A stretch of 61,897 nt of DNA, counting the filler, from Squatina squatina (taxonomy: Eukaryota), in assembly GCA_031763465.1 (NCBI GenBank). It is 4 parts of 4 records of this genome, joined end to end, with 100 filler letters (N's around TTAATTAATTAA, not from the genome) between each part and the next. Parts side by side here need not be neighbours in the genome. Positions count along the whole stretch, not along the records: positions 12,207 to 34,628 come from JARFOE010000234.1; 3 more parts are not named here. The stretch is one strand, 5' to 3'. The notes under the pieces were generated by a model. It worked only from the letters and a program-made list of their open reading frames with translations. It had not been told where the DNA came from and searched no databases. The position numbers and the translations under genes were made by a program. This document shows, one piece after another, positions 12,207 through 24,326 of the stretch; the stretch's first letter is position 1, and every line of letters starts with the position of its first letter.

Positions 12207-13489
12207 GTGGTGGCTGTTATAGTGGGGCGCCTGCCACAACATTGGCTCAGCTACCGTGAGGCTTCTGCTGACGGAAAATCCACATGTACCTAGAAATAAA
12301 TGGCACCATCAGCGTACCTGTTGCATCGACACCATCGGGTGGGGATTGAAGCAAACCTAGATCTCCTACCCTGCAAGACTGGTTGGCCCGGAGGCAGCCA
12401 GAGCCATCGCAGAGATCCCCAACCTCCGGACCCTGCAACCTTTCGACCCCAGATCTAGAGACTTCAGACGGCAAGATCCCTGACCCACTCCACCAGCCTC
12501 AAGATCCCCAACCCCCGATCTCCCGGTTGTAAGATCCACCTTCCTCCCTCCTTCCGACCTGAAGATCCCCAACCTGAAGATCCCCAACCACCACCACCCA
12601 CCCCCTCACTCCCCTTCCACAATCTCCCTTCTGACTCCCAGATTCACCCCCTCACCCCAAGGTCCGCAATACCCCCCCTCCACCCTGAGGCCCGCGATCC
12701 TGATCTTCGTCCAGTCCTCAACCTTGGCCTTTCAGTCTGATGAGGCGTAATATCCAGAGCTCCTCGCAACGCTCCATTTAAGGGCAGAGTATGTTCCCAG
12801 CAAGGGGGGAAGCACCCAAAAATGGGCGCTCTCAAATTTAAACCCCTTAATGTCTTGGTTAAACCACTGTGAGAGAATGGGCTTCAGTTGAACAAGTTGA
12901 GTATTTGTACACTTTTTAGCTTGTAGTTTCATTTCAGGGACTTTGGGAAAATTAATACCATTCTAAAAGAAATAATCTGTTCTTATATCATTAATAATGG
13001 AGATGTAAATACACTATACCCTCTAGAACCACAGTCTGTGACAAAATAAAATTAAATATTGTAAAATAGATTGTTTAATTAGTACTTGCAAGATCTAATT
13101 GCTCCTGAGCACTGGTGTCCTTCACTCATAGAAGGTAATTCATTGGGGATCATTAATTAATTTTGCTGAAGAGCGCTAATTAGTTTCCCCGAGTTACTAA
13201 GTGTTAACTCTTCCAGAAATTCAGCTTTAAATAAATTAGCTTTACATTGATATATCGTCAAGTTTATGCGACATTTACTGGGAAAATGCTCAGTGCACCT
13301 AACACATACGATAAACAAAGTCTGCCTAATTATACAGAGATTCAGAGATATCTTTTTGTGCTGAATAGCAACTTATGATCCCTGTGCCCGGGCAGTAGTC
13401 AATGGACTATGCCACATGGATTTACAGGTTCAGGTCATTTAAATAGCTCAGACACTCTCCCGTGACAGCCTGCACCTTGGCAGGACCTA

Positions 13490-14043
13490 GGGCCTGAATT
13501 TGACTGTAGCCACGCTTGAAACGCTGCAGCACTGATTAGCGCCCAAACAGCGCCAGGCGGTAATAGCACCCGGGAGCTCCAAAATTCAATAGCGTTTTTG
13601 CAGTTTCCAGGCGTGGCGCTGTTGGAGGCACTGACAGCTGCCTGGAGGCGCTGTAGGATGCTGCCTTGAATGTATAAAACACTTCCATGTGAGCCATCAC
13701 TCTAAAAAAGTGCATTCCCACTGCTTTGATTCGCAAAAGAAGATTGGCTGCTCACACTTCAGCAGCATGCTTTGCTCCTGGGAAAGCATATTGTGAAAAA
13801 TGTTTGCAGTAGCACACCATAGCCTCCATTTTTTCCGATGTGGCATTTGAGATGCTGGTGAACTCGGTGGAGAGGAAGAGGGGGCAGATATTCCCTGCCT
13901 CAGGAAGAAGAGCTGCCCTCTCAGTACATCGTGACAGCTAGCACACTATTGGGACAGATGTGTCAGCATCGGATGTGGAAGTGCAGACACCCACCCAGTG
14001 CCGCAAAAAGTTCATGGACTTACCTTGTCTGGTGCGGGTGAGT
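13490..14043 (+). mobile_element. Harbinger-type DNA transposon 5' part with Myb/SANT-like pseudo-exon (about 13820-14037)
   Basis: Begins GGGCCTGAATTT. Reads FSDVAFEMLVNSVERKRGQIFP..GRR..*..TPTQCRKKFMDL..VR, followed by a gtgagt donor. Confidence 0.75.
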
Positions 14044-15107
14044 GCCACTTGCTCTGTTAAAGTGAAGTACAACCGAGTACAGCAGAGAAGAATGGTTGCA
14101 CACTTAAATGCACTCCTCATTCCTCTCGCTTTAAGATCTTTTAATAATCTCAGCTGCTGCCAATGACGTATGCATCTACACTGAAAGATAATCATGCAGG
14201 TGTTGCCATTTCATGAAAATGCCCTTTCATCTGCTGGTGNNNNNNNNNNNNNNNNNNNNNNNNNNNNNNNNNNNNNNNNNNNNNNNNNNNNNNNNNNNNN
14301 NNNNNNNNNNNNNNNNNNNNNNNNNNNNNNNNNNNNNNNCCACATTTTATGTTGGTTTTCAATGTAGGTGCAATCGCTGGAGGGTATGAGGAGGGTGTGT
14401 TTCCTCCTCTGCTCCCACATCCCCCAATTGTTTTGGAATGGGTTATGTCCCTGCTCTCCAAACCCCAGAATTGCTTCTGATGTTCCCCATCTTCTTGTAT
14501 TTGGCTGCACTCTGCTTTTGCAGTGCATTTTAATTTAATTGCAAGCAGTTCAAGATGTTGAATGCAACAGGTATGAATGTTACATGTGATTTGTACACTA
14601 GATTTCATGTTGTGTTACGATGATAATTTAATATTTTTAATGGGAACACAGTAGACATGAACATCAAAGTCAGCCTGAACATGTAGGGGAATGAAAACTC
14701 GCAACATATCATTTGCTGACTAAAAGATGGATTTGAGGATTCATCACTATTCTATATATTTTTTAAAAACTCTTCAGCAACACGATTGAGGTCGGAGGAG
14801 TTGGAGACCTTCGAAGAATTAAAAGTGCGATCAGTGTTGCTCGAGCAGTGATGGAACACAGCAGTCATTCACTGTTGGTGGGGGAGTCAGGTAATCCCGA
14901 GTCCTCATTGTTCTATGAAAAGGAAAGAATTTGCATTATTATAGCACCTTTTACGACCTCCGAACATCCTAAGTGCGTACATACCAATATACTTTCTGAT
15001 GTGTAGTNNNNNNNNNNNNNNNNNNNNNNNNNNNNNNNNNNNNNNNNNNNNNNNNNNNNNNNNNNNNNNNNNNNNNNNNNNNNNNNNNNNNNNNNNNNNN
15101 NNNNNNN

Positions 15108-15348
15108 GACAAAGCTTGGCGTGAAGGATTTCCATCAGATAAGGGGATCTTCCTCTTCATTTCACTCTCTGCTGAGAAAGTGAGCCTGGGACTCTCTCGA
15201 GAGCTCCTCAGTGATGTGAGAACCAGTGTTGTCGTACCAAATGCTGCCTTCCGATTCAGCTTCCATTCCACTAGAGGCTTACCAAAACCATTGCATGGGT
15301 ATTTTATGAGATCAGTATCGAAGCCAGGCGTCTGAAGAGAAGCTTCCT
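15108..15348 (-). CDS. NEIL3: NEIL3 next exon (partial; runs into gap 15008-15107)
   Basis: Encodes EEASLQTPGFDTDLIKYPCNGFGKPLVEWKLNRKAAFGTTTLVLTSL, matching the NEIL3 L.KYPCN.FGKP....K.NRK.AFGTTTLVLT motif. The phase-1-compatible acceptor ttttgaag|AG is inferred. Confidence 0.9.
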
Positions 15349-15956
15349 CTTCAAAAGATGCAGAACACAAGAGTAACGTTACTGAACATAATCTTCAATA
15401 CCATTAAAGTGAGATTTTTTTTATGCACCCTGCAAGTTAAATTCATGAGGTGGCGAGGGGGATTTCATAACTGCATTAATTTAGCTGTTGTAAGCAAGAT
15501 GTGCACTATAGTGTTAAACTCTCAGCTGCTCAACAAAATGCAAGACGACTCATTTGCACTTTTGACAATGTTCATTTACATGCTTGCACCATACACTTAA
15601 AACTGTCAGTAGTATCTACAATACAACTATTTAGTTGGGGCCAAATCTCGGTCCCAGAGGTGAGGCGAAATTGTCCTTCATATGTAAACAGTCATTAATA
15701 TTTTGTTCATTGTGTAAATAGCACAGCATAAAATTCAACAACATGAAAACTATAATTGACCTTTTTAAAATTGTGACCAATTTCATGCGATGTTTCGCGT
15801 TACATTTCCAACAGTAATAAATCTTTCCCTTGAAAGATACTGACTATGCCACAGAGAGTTAAGAAACTGGAGACATCAAATTGCAAATGTATGAAAGTTA
15901 AGTCAACTTGATAATAATGACAAATTGTTTTGGTCCACTTGCTGAAGACTACTTAC

Positions 15957-16126
15957 CGACCGGCCTTTGCGTCAAACAAGCATCACACGACTTGGCTGAT
16001 GGCGCATTTATTAATGTGCAAAGTGAACATGTCCATTCTTCCTCCTCTTTTTTGGCAATGTTATCAGTGGAATAATCTCCAGGGCCATGTGCCCAGCCTA
16101 TCAGGCTATTCTGCTTAGGCAAATTA
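15957..16126 (-). CDS. NEIL3: NEIL3 internal exon, RanBP2-type zinc finger
   Basis: Encodes NLPKQNSLIGW...EEEWTCSLCTLINAPSAKSCDACLTQRPV (W-x-C-x2-C-x3-N-x6-C-x2-C). Acceptor tttttaacag|T, donor G|gtaagt, 170 nt, phase 2 to 1, in frame with the preceding exon. Confidence 0.96.
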
Positions 16127-16509
16127 CTGTTAAAAACAGACATTTGAAAGCATTAGAAAAATAGTTTCATAGTTATCAAAATAGATCTTTGAAGAATTAA
16201 AATGTGACATTTCATCTACAATGTTGAGGATTATTGGAATTGAGATTTTCTAGAACTACAATGCCCTGAATGTGTGGTTTGTTTACAGGCAATGCATTTA
16301 AAGGACATGTGAAAATGTATGTAAACCTTTAAAGAAATGTATTATATGTTAACCTTGGCAAACACCAGCAATGCAGTTTAAAACGGAACATCTATACATG
16401 CACTCTTCAAACCAGAATACATAGCTACCTTTAAATGTAGCAGATTTCAGGAGGTTCTTCACACAGTGACTGACTCTTGCAGGTAAAGAAGTGGAGCCAA
16501 AAACTCAAA

Positions 16510-16844
16510 GGGGCCAAAATTCAGAATGGAGCGCTTATAGGGTGCAAATAGACAGTTCTCGTGCTGGCTTCTGCCCCGCCCGCCGCAGAATTCGTTGTTC
16601 CGGAGCGGGAGCGAGGCGCAGCGGTGTTGGCCTCGCTCCCGGGCGGAACTGGGGTGGCTGGCCTGCAACGTCGCGGCCGTGGCCTCAGCGCCGGGCCAGC
16701 GACGTCAGATGTGCCGCATCAGCGTACTGAGCGCTTACCACAGGAGCACTGCCAGGCCTCCCTAACGGCGCTCCGCGGCCTGCCACTGGGACACCAGGGA
16801 CGTCGGCCTGTCAGGCAAGGGGATGGTGGGCCGATCTGGCCGTG
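16510..16844. mobile_element. GC-rich DNA-transposon-like repeat in a NEIL3 intron, cut by the 993-N gap
   Basis: Starts GGGGCCAAAATTCAG; CpG-rich; terminus resembles the one at 13490. Confidence 0.55.
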
Positions 16845-17918
16845 NNNNNNNNNNNNNNNNNNNNNNNNNNNNNNNNNNNNNNNNNNNNNNNNNNNNNNNN
16901 NNNNNNNNNNNNNNNNNNNNNNNNNNNNNNNNNNNNNNNNNNNNNNNNNNNNNNNNNNNNNNNNNNNNNNNNNNNNNNNNNNNNNNNNNNNNNNNNNNNN
17001 NNNNNNNNNNNNNNNNNNNNNNNNNNNNNNNNNNNNNNNNNNNNNNNNNNNNNNNNNNNNNNNNNNNNNNNNNNNNNNNNNNNNNNNNNNNNNNNNNNNN
17101 NNNNNNNNNNNNNNNNNNNNNNNNNNNNNNNNNNNNNNNNNNNNNNNNNNNNNNNNNNNNNNNNNNNNNNNNNNNNNNNNNNNNNNNNNNNNNNNNNNNN
17201 NNNNNNNNNNNNNNNNNNNNNNNNNNNNNNNNNNNNNNNNNNNNNNNNNNNNNNNNNNNNNNNNNNNNNNNNNNNNNNNNNNNNNNNNNNNNNNNNNNNN
17301 NNNNNNNNNNNNNNNNNNNNNNNNNNNNNNNNNNNNNNNNNNNNNNNNNNNNNNNNNNNNNNNNNNNNNNNNNNNNNNNNNNNNNNNNNNNNNNNNNNNN
17401 NNNNNNNNNNNNNNNNNNNNNNNNNNNNNNNNNNNNNNNNNNNNNNNNNNNNNNNNNNNNNNNNNNNNNNNNNNNNNNNNNNNNNNNNNNNNNNNNNNNN
17501 NNNNNNNNNNNNNNNNNNNNNNNNNNNNNNNNNNNNNNNNNNNNNNNNNNNNNNNNNNNNNNNNNNNNNNNNNNNNNNNNNNNNNNNNNNNNNNNNNNNN
17601 NNNNNNNNNNNNNNNNNNNNNNNNNNNNNNNNNNNNNNNNNNNNNNNNNNNNNNNNNNNNNNNNNNNNNNNNNNNNNNNNNNNNNNNNNNNNNNNNNNNN
17701 NNNNNNNNNNNNNNNNNNNNNNNNNNNNNNNNNNNNNNNNNNNNNNNNNNNNNNNNNNNNNNNNNNNNNNNNNNNNNNNNNNNNNNNNNNNNNNNNNNNN
17801 NNNNNNNNNNNNNNNNNNNNNNNNNNNNNNNNNNNNNATGAGTTAAAATGGGAACTTCATCACCTGTATTTATTTTGTGATGTGAATTTGCATCTTACTA
17901 TGGGCAATTAAATAAAGA

Positions 17919-18499
17919 GCACCAGCTACATAAATGTCATGGCTACTAGAGCAGACCAGAGGCTGCTATACTAGCCATGAGCAGCTGGCCTCCTGACTGC
18001 CCAAAGCCTCTGCACAACTACAAGGTGCAAGTCAGGAGTGTGATGTGACACTTTCCACTTGCCTGGGTGGCTACAGCTGTAACAACACTCAAGAAGCCTG
18101 ATGCCATCCAGGACAAAGCTGTTTGCTTGATTAACAACTTACCCACTGGCCTAAGCACCACCACCAGCATACCTTCAATGCGATGTGTACTAACTGCAGG
18201 ACGCACTGCAGCTGCCAAACCCATGGCCTCCACTGCCCAGTTGGACAAAGATAGCAGGTGCATGGGGACACCATCATTGCCAAGTTCCCCTTCAAGTCAC
18301 ACACCAAACTGACTTAGACAAATACCGCCATGTCTTCATCGTCGTTGGGTCAAAATCTTGGAATTGGAACAGCACAATGGGAACACCAATAACACGCAGA
18401 CTGCAGCGATTCAAGATGACTCACCACTACCTTCTCAAGCGCAACTAGGGATGGGTAGCAACTGCAGGGACACCACATCTCGAGAATGGGGAAAAAAAA
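17919..18499 (+). mobile_element. CR1/L2-superclade LINE 3' end (same family as 7950-8415)
   Basis: TTLKKPDAIQDKAVCLI; same 3' terminus followed by an A-tail. Confidence 0.8.
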
Positions 18500-19197
18500 T
18501 GATTAGTGGCTAGGGTAACCTATTCACCTCACTGGCTCAGGGAACAGTTTAGAGCTTAGCAATATCTGAACAAGAAGAAAATATTTAAGTTCGGGAGGGA
18601 GAAGGAAAGGGAAAGAAAAGCAATTGATAAAGCCCTAGAGAAACTGATCTGGTCAGATTTCAAGATACTGACTCCTCATGTGACATCCCATTTAGATCAT
18701 GAATTGAGATTTACAACATTTGGACGAGCCACAATATATGATCACAAGGGCCAAAATAAATGTTGAATAAAGGTGATGAGATACTGAGGTAAGAGAGGCC
18801 AGGGCTGACTAGAAGCAATAGAGTACAATACAGAGAGTGACCAGAAATAACTAGAACGAAAAACAAGTGGAGTTAATAGTGGGAATAAGGAATATGGACG
18901 GAGACAATAAGATTTGGAAGCCGGCACAAAAATAAAAAAAGTTATTTGGAGATGGGAGGGTAAGTATAAATTGAAGAAGAGCTCTATAGTTCTTAATTCG
19001 AAATAAAAAGTGAAAATAAATTTGTAGTAAAATTCATATCAACCTAGTTCACAAAGTGTCATGTGGTTCTGATCTAAAACTGATGTAAAGTACAATTTCA
19101 AAATGATGCACAAGTCCATATTGCTCGCCTTCAGCTCAGCTTTCCAAAGGTGTCTGGTAAACAGTGTACTTTAACATATTCCATACGTGTGCAGTAC

Positions 19198-19364
19198 CTA
19201 ATGTTAACATGCCAGGGATCTTCCTTCTGACAGCCTGAGCAGAAATATGTCATCCGGTTGTTCTCACCAAGGCGGCAGACAGTGATTTTGCCATTGCACT
19301 GTCCACACAAGGAACGCTTGTAAACTTTGTAATGCTTATACAAGGCTGACCCCATCTTACGACA
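19198..19364 (-). CDS. NEIL3: NEIL3 internal exon, FPG-type zinc finger
   Basis: Encodes CRKMGSALYKHYKVYKRSLCGQCNGKITVCRLGENNRMTYFCSGCQKEDPWHVNI, matching the NEIL3 HYKVYKR..CGQC..NNRMTYFC..CQKE pattern. Acceptor tttag|TGT, donor AG|gtactg, 167 nt, phase 0 to 2. Confidence 0.96.
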
Positions 19365-20834
19365 CTAAAAAGTGGAAAGAATAAGAAGTAAATCCTAACA
19401 GAGTATAGATTAGACCGATGGAGAACACAAATCTTCTACCAATGTTGAAGAAACGAGCTCAAATGGTGCCAATTACTCGTAGATCTCCTGTGGTGTTGCT
19501 CAGTAGTAATCCCGAATCTGAAGTGAAGATTTTGACATTTACCATGTGTAAAAATTTACACTTTTTTTCTCATGTAAACAGCTTGATGACAGGATTATTC
19601 AATTACAATTTACATTGGTATACAGCACCTTTNNNNNNNNNNNNNNNNNNNNNNNNNNNNNNNNNNNNNNNNNNNNNNNNNNNNNNNNNNNNNNNNNNNN
19701 NNNNNNNNNNNNNNNNNNNNNNNNNNNNNNNNAAATTGTCCTGGCTTTTTAATATGTCTTTTCGCCTCTCCTAGGCTATTACATGGCTCCAGGCGGGTGA
19801 GCTGTGTTTTTAATTGTGATGCAGTAGCCATCACAATAATATGGGACAGGCTAGATGGACCAGTGGGTGTTTTCCTGTCCATCATTTTCATATACTTATA
19901 TGGCCCACATTTAACTCAGGCCTGCATGCGTATCTATACTCGACATCATTAGTTCCATGTATTTAATGTGCTTCTACTATATGTGGTGTTTTTTTCTTTG
20001 TGAATCCAATTTTCCCATTATACAACCAGTTCTTTTATACAACCAGTACTTTGTGTATCTTTATTCATCTCAGATTACTACTTTTGGACCAGACCATGGC
20101 TACTCTCAACCTTTGGGGGTTTCACTTTGAATTTTTGAGCAAGACGTCTCTCATATATGCAGTACACTAAACTGACAACATGGTCCAGAAACGTCAAACT
20201 GATTTAACGTGGTTTATGGTGATGAATGATCTGATTGAGTCAATCTGTCTGATAGATTCTGGAGGTACAAACAGAGGCTGTAACAAGGTTCACAGGTTTG
20301 TATCCTGACTTTCTACTTCACAGGAACAGCAGTACATCACTGTTTGAAAGATAAATAAACTTGCTGCGTGAACACAGCGACTACTGTTTTAGTTACGTTC
20401 TTATCTCAGTTTTAACAGTCCATCTACTGAATTGAAGGAAGCATTCTCGGAGTTACGACAGTTTTTCAAGATCCTGTTTTTTTTTGTAGTCAAGGTTAAC
20501 ATTAGTGTTACTGTTCTTTAAGTTCCCACATTGAAATCAGGGTGAAAAGGAACGAAGTATTTATTATGCACTCAGGGTGTCGAGCCCAGCTTTTGTCTTT
20601 AATTTTGTATGACCATTTCTATGAAGTAAACAAATTCATTATTTGTCACTCCGAATTTTGTTGTACGTGGATCGGTTCAGTCCTACTTCTTCGGTTTCAA
20701 AGTGTCATCAAGAATGGCACCTAGGCAAAATATGCAGAGATTTTCTGAATCTTGGTAATTTTTTTCAGCCAGGCCATAAATGGTGTTGAAATCATTGGAA
20801 AGAATGCACATGGAAAAATAGAAAGAAGAAAGGA

Positions 20835-21257
20835 AGTCTTGCATTTATATAGTGCCTTTCACAACCTCAGGACATCCCAAAGCGCTTTACAGCCAATGAA
20901 TTACTTTTTGAAGTGCATTCACTGTTGTAATGTTGTAATGTAGGAAATGCAGCAGCCAACTTGTGCACAGCAAGCTCCCACAAGCAGCAATGTAATAAAT
21001 AATCTGTTTTTGGTGTTAATTGAGTGATAAATATTGGCCAGGACACAGGGGAGATCTCCCCTACTCTTCTTCAAAATAATGCCGTGCGATCTTTTATGTC
21101 TACCTGAAAAGCAGATGGGGCCTCCTAGGTTTAACGCCTCATCTGAAAGACGGCATAGCACTCCCTCAGTACTGCATTGGCGTGTCAGCCTAGATTTTTG
21201 TGCCAAAGTCTCTGGAATGGGACTTGAATCCACAACCTTCTGACTCAGAGGTGAGGG
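20835..21257 (-). mobile_element. Deu-domain SINE (SacSINE1-like)
   Basis: tRNA-like B box, Deu core (..GAAGAAGAG..GGGGAG..GTCCTGGCCAATATTTATC..), L2-like tail. Confidence 0.85.
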
Positions 21258-21519
21258 TCCCCAAAATCCTTCATGAGCCAGTGCAGTCGGAAAACATANN
21301 NNNNNNNNNNNNNNNNNNNNNNNNNNNNNNNNNNNNNNNNNNNNNNNNNNNNNNNNNNNNNNNNNNNNNNNNNNNNNNNNNNNNNNNNNNNNNNNNNNAC
21401 CTTAGAAACTATAACCACAAACTAAAGACCTTCTAAACCTTATCAACTATTAACCTTAACTGTCAAACTAAAGAGCAGTATAAATACCAGGCTAGGTCAG
21501 ACGATCAGACCCCCTGAGT

Positions 21520-21820
21520 GTCCATTACCTCTTCTGCTGTGTGCCAGGGGTACAGAAGCAGAATTTATAAACCTAAATTGCCAATCTCTCCCACAGAATG
21601 GCTGGTCTTCGAACTGGAAACATGTAACATTGTTCCAGTAAGGGTGACATTCCTGAAATTGGGGATGAGGCGCACAGTTCAGACAAAGTAGAGGCAGCTT
21701 GGTCCTGTATCTCACAATACTATAACTGACCTTAAGAGTGCTTAATGTTGACACTTGGTGCCTGGATAGAAAATGTTCTTCTCCCAGAGGTACCATCCCT
21801 CACCTTTATGAGCACAAAGT
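21520..21820 (+). mobile_element. LF-SINE-like / shark SINE 3' relic
   Basis: GAGGCGCACA..GTAGAGGCAGCTT..CACCTTTATGAGCACAAA resembles the LF-SINE 3' end as I recall it. Confidence 0.4.
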
Positions 21821-23637
21821 TGACAAAAAATGTTTATTTTTAAAAATTGTAGCTTTCTGGAAAATATGTTGGTAAATGATTCATTAATTGCAACAGCTTG
21901 AATTAATAGTGCATCAGAAAAAAAATGAGCAATAATGTAATTGTGGATTATTAATGTTGTGCCCCTTTAATCAAAGTAAAACAAAATGTCATGGATTTTT
22001 AAATTGCTGTTGAAAGCTTCCAAAATAAGCAATATTGGAAATATGGGTCCAAATTCAAAATGAACAATGACATACAGCATGTGGAAACGTCTTGTGTGTA
22101 TCTTGGCTTTATTAACAGTATTGTCAAGTTAGTAGCAAAACAAAAGAAGACTCTCGTAACAAACTGTTTTTCCAGTAATCATTGGAATGAGATCTTTTGT
22201 GGTCCCTTTTTACATTCTGTCACACATATGTTTCTTACAGCAGCAGACTCACTCAGTTCTGCCTTCTTCCTGTTCTAATGTTTACCATTCGGAATTTTTG
22301 GTTAAGGGATATTTCTACTGATTGCCTACCGATTTATTTCAGTACTGTTAAGACAAGAGTGGATTAGCAGAGCACTGTACTGAATGATAACCTTTCTCTC
22401 ACTTCTACCCACCAGCCACCCCCCCTCGCTCTCTCTCAGTCACAGCCTCATTTTTCTCCATTTTATTACATAGAATTATGCAGAATTTACAGCCCCACTG
22501 TTATTGTCCCCACTATCATCATTACTCTTAACCTTCCCATCTTGTTCGTCCTCTAGTAAATATACCAACCTACCACCTCCCTGTACCCTCATTGTGTNNN
22601 NNNNNNNNNNNNNNNNNNNNNNNNNNNNNNNNNNNNNNNNNNNNNNNNNNNNNNNNNNNNNNNNNNNNNNNNNNNNNNNNNNNNNNNNNNNNNNNNNAGG
22701 GAACAAGGTGGCTTAAGGATTCTGCTCAGCGATTAATGCTGAACTATGTTTGGAATTTTTTAGTTTTAAGGACCGCTTGGAAAGGAAACCAGCCCCCACT
22801 CGCCTCCCAAAAAAAAATCTCATGGAACTTATTACTGATGACTTACATTTATGGGAAATTGGGGATGTCAGTGAGGAACATGCTTTTCAAAAGCATCTCA
22901 CGAGAAACAGGAAACTTTGTAATTTATTTTAAAACTGGTTAAGAAAATAAACCTTGAAATATGGTAAGAACCATGAGAAGCTGAGCTTGATGCAATGAAA
23001 GATTCAACAAAGAATCCTTTTGCGCTCTTGAGCTCCGCATTGTCACACTGAATGATGTCAACTAATCTCAGGGTCGTTTTATTACCATTTTGGTGTTATT
23101 TCTGAGATCCTTTTGAAGATCTATGATTGCTACGAATCATGTGTGGTCTGGATTTATAAAAGTGACTTAGTTATGCCTGTTAGCTCCGAAACCATGGTTG
23201 TTCTTTTAAGTTATTCAGTAGTGTATGGTTCCTCGAATGCTGCAGATAAGGAAACCGCATCCATGAAAAGTAACTAGTGCTGAATTGTGGAGGTGTATCG
23301 ATACTCTGGTTATTTACTTGATGGCCTTTGGAGATCAGGGAGCATTCACGCAAAACTTCCCCTCAGGAGATGATCCACAGATGGGACAGGCTTGATTGTC
23401 CATTTGGCTTTCTTATACCCTGCTTTCTGTTGTACTTAACGTTAAAAAAAGTTGAATTATTACTNNNNNNNNNNNNNNNNNNNNNNNNNNNNNNNNNNNN
23501 NNNNNNNNNNNNNNNNNNNNNNNNNNNNNNNNNNNNNNNNNNNNNNNNNNNNNNNNNNNNNNNNTGTGAAGACAATGGAGTTGAACAAGGGAGAACACAA
23601 CCGATGTGTGGGCCATAGTTAAAAGGCTTACACTCAC

Positions 23638-23887
23638 CCTTACAATCCTCGTGAGATCATTAAATTTCTTTCTGCATTGATTCGGGGTCCTTGGAGTCAC
23701 ATCAGTCACTTCAACTTCCTCTGACACTTCTACTCAACCTCTATGAATCATTCTGGCAGAGCTCCTTCGCCCAGCCACAGGGAATAGCATTGCAGCCCTT
23801 CTCTCCACTGCCACAACAAGCGCCTGCAGGGCAGCCTCCGTGAAACGTGGTGCCCTCACCCTTGGTCGATTTGCAGCCTCCGTTATC
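23638..23887 (-). pseudogene. Harbinger Myb/SANT-like DNA-binding protein pseudo-exon
   Basis: RVRAPRFTEAALQALVVAVERRAAMLFP..GRR..*..RTPNQCRKKFNDLTRIVR, followed by a gtgagt donor. Confidence 0.8.
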
Positions 23888-24039
23888 TTTGTCTGAACAA
23901 AATCTATCAAAAACTCAAAATGAACCTCCAAGATCCCTCCTTCTCCTTTACTGACCTAAGCAGTGACTGTGTAAGGGAAGGGTCCCCCTTTAAGTGCTGA
24001 CATGGGCTGATTGATAAGTTACTCTTTTGAGCAAACCAT

Positions 24040-24326
24040 ATTACATTAAAAAACAGTAATTAACAAGTACATTAACAAGTACATTTAAATTAAAACCCAA
24101 AACTTAACAATAACCCTGGTACTTAAATTAAAACCCAATTGTCCCATGAGGATGCACTTCAGTCCCCCGGTGCCCACCGGTCGCGGAAGGCCTCAAGCGT
24201 ACCAGCGGACACTGCGTGCTCCATCTACAGGGACACCCGGGCGCAAACATAGCCGTGGAAGAGAGGCAGGCAGTCGGGGCAAACAACCCCCTCGATCGCC
24301 CGCTGCCTGGACCTGTTGATGGACAG
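24040..24326 (-). mobile_element. Tx1-clade LINE 3' end
   Basis: Minus strand LSINRSRQRAIEGVVCPDCLPLFHGYVCARVSL*MEHAVSAGTLEAFRDRWAP, typical of a Tx1 ORF2 C-terminus; AT-rich 3' UTR with a 12-bp tandem duplication. Confidence 0.75.

Noticed and set aside
12737-12775. CTGATGAG as a hammerhead ribozyme core
   Set aside because: No GAAA box or supporting stems follow.
16561-17911. Long ORFs of 334-426 aa
   Set aside because: Composed almost entirely of the 993-N gap.
21399-21480. Degenerate interstitial telomeric tract
   Set aside because: No intact TAACCC runs; only an A/C-rich bias.
23050-23106. Possible C/D box snoRNA (ATGATG...CTGA)
   Set aside because: Imperfect C box and no terminal stem.
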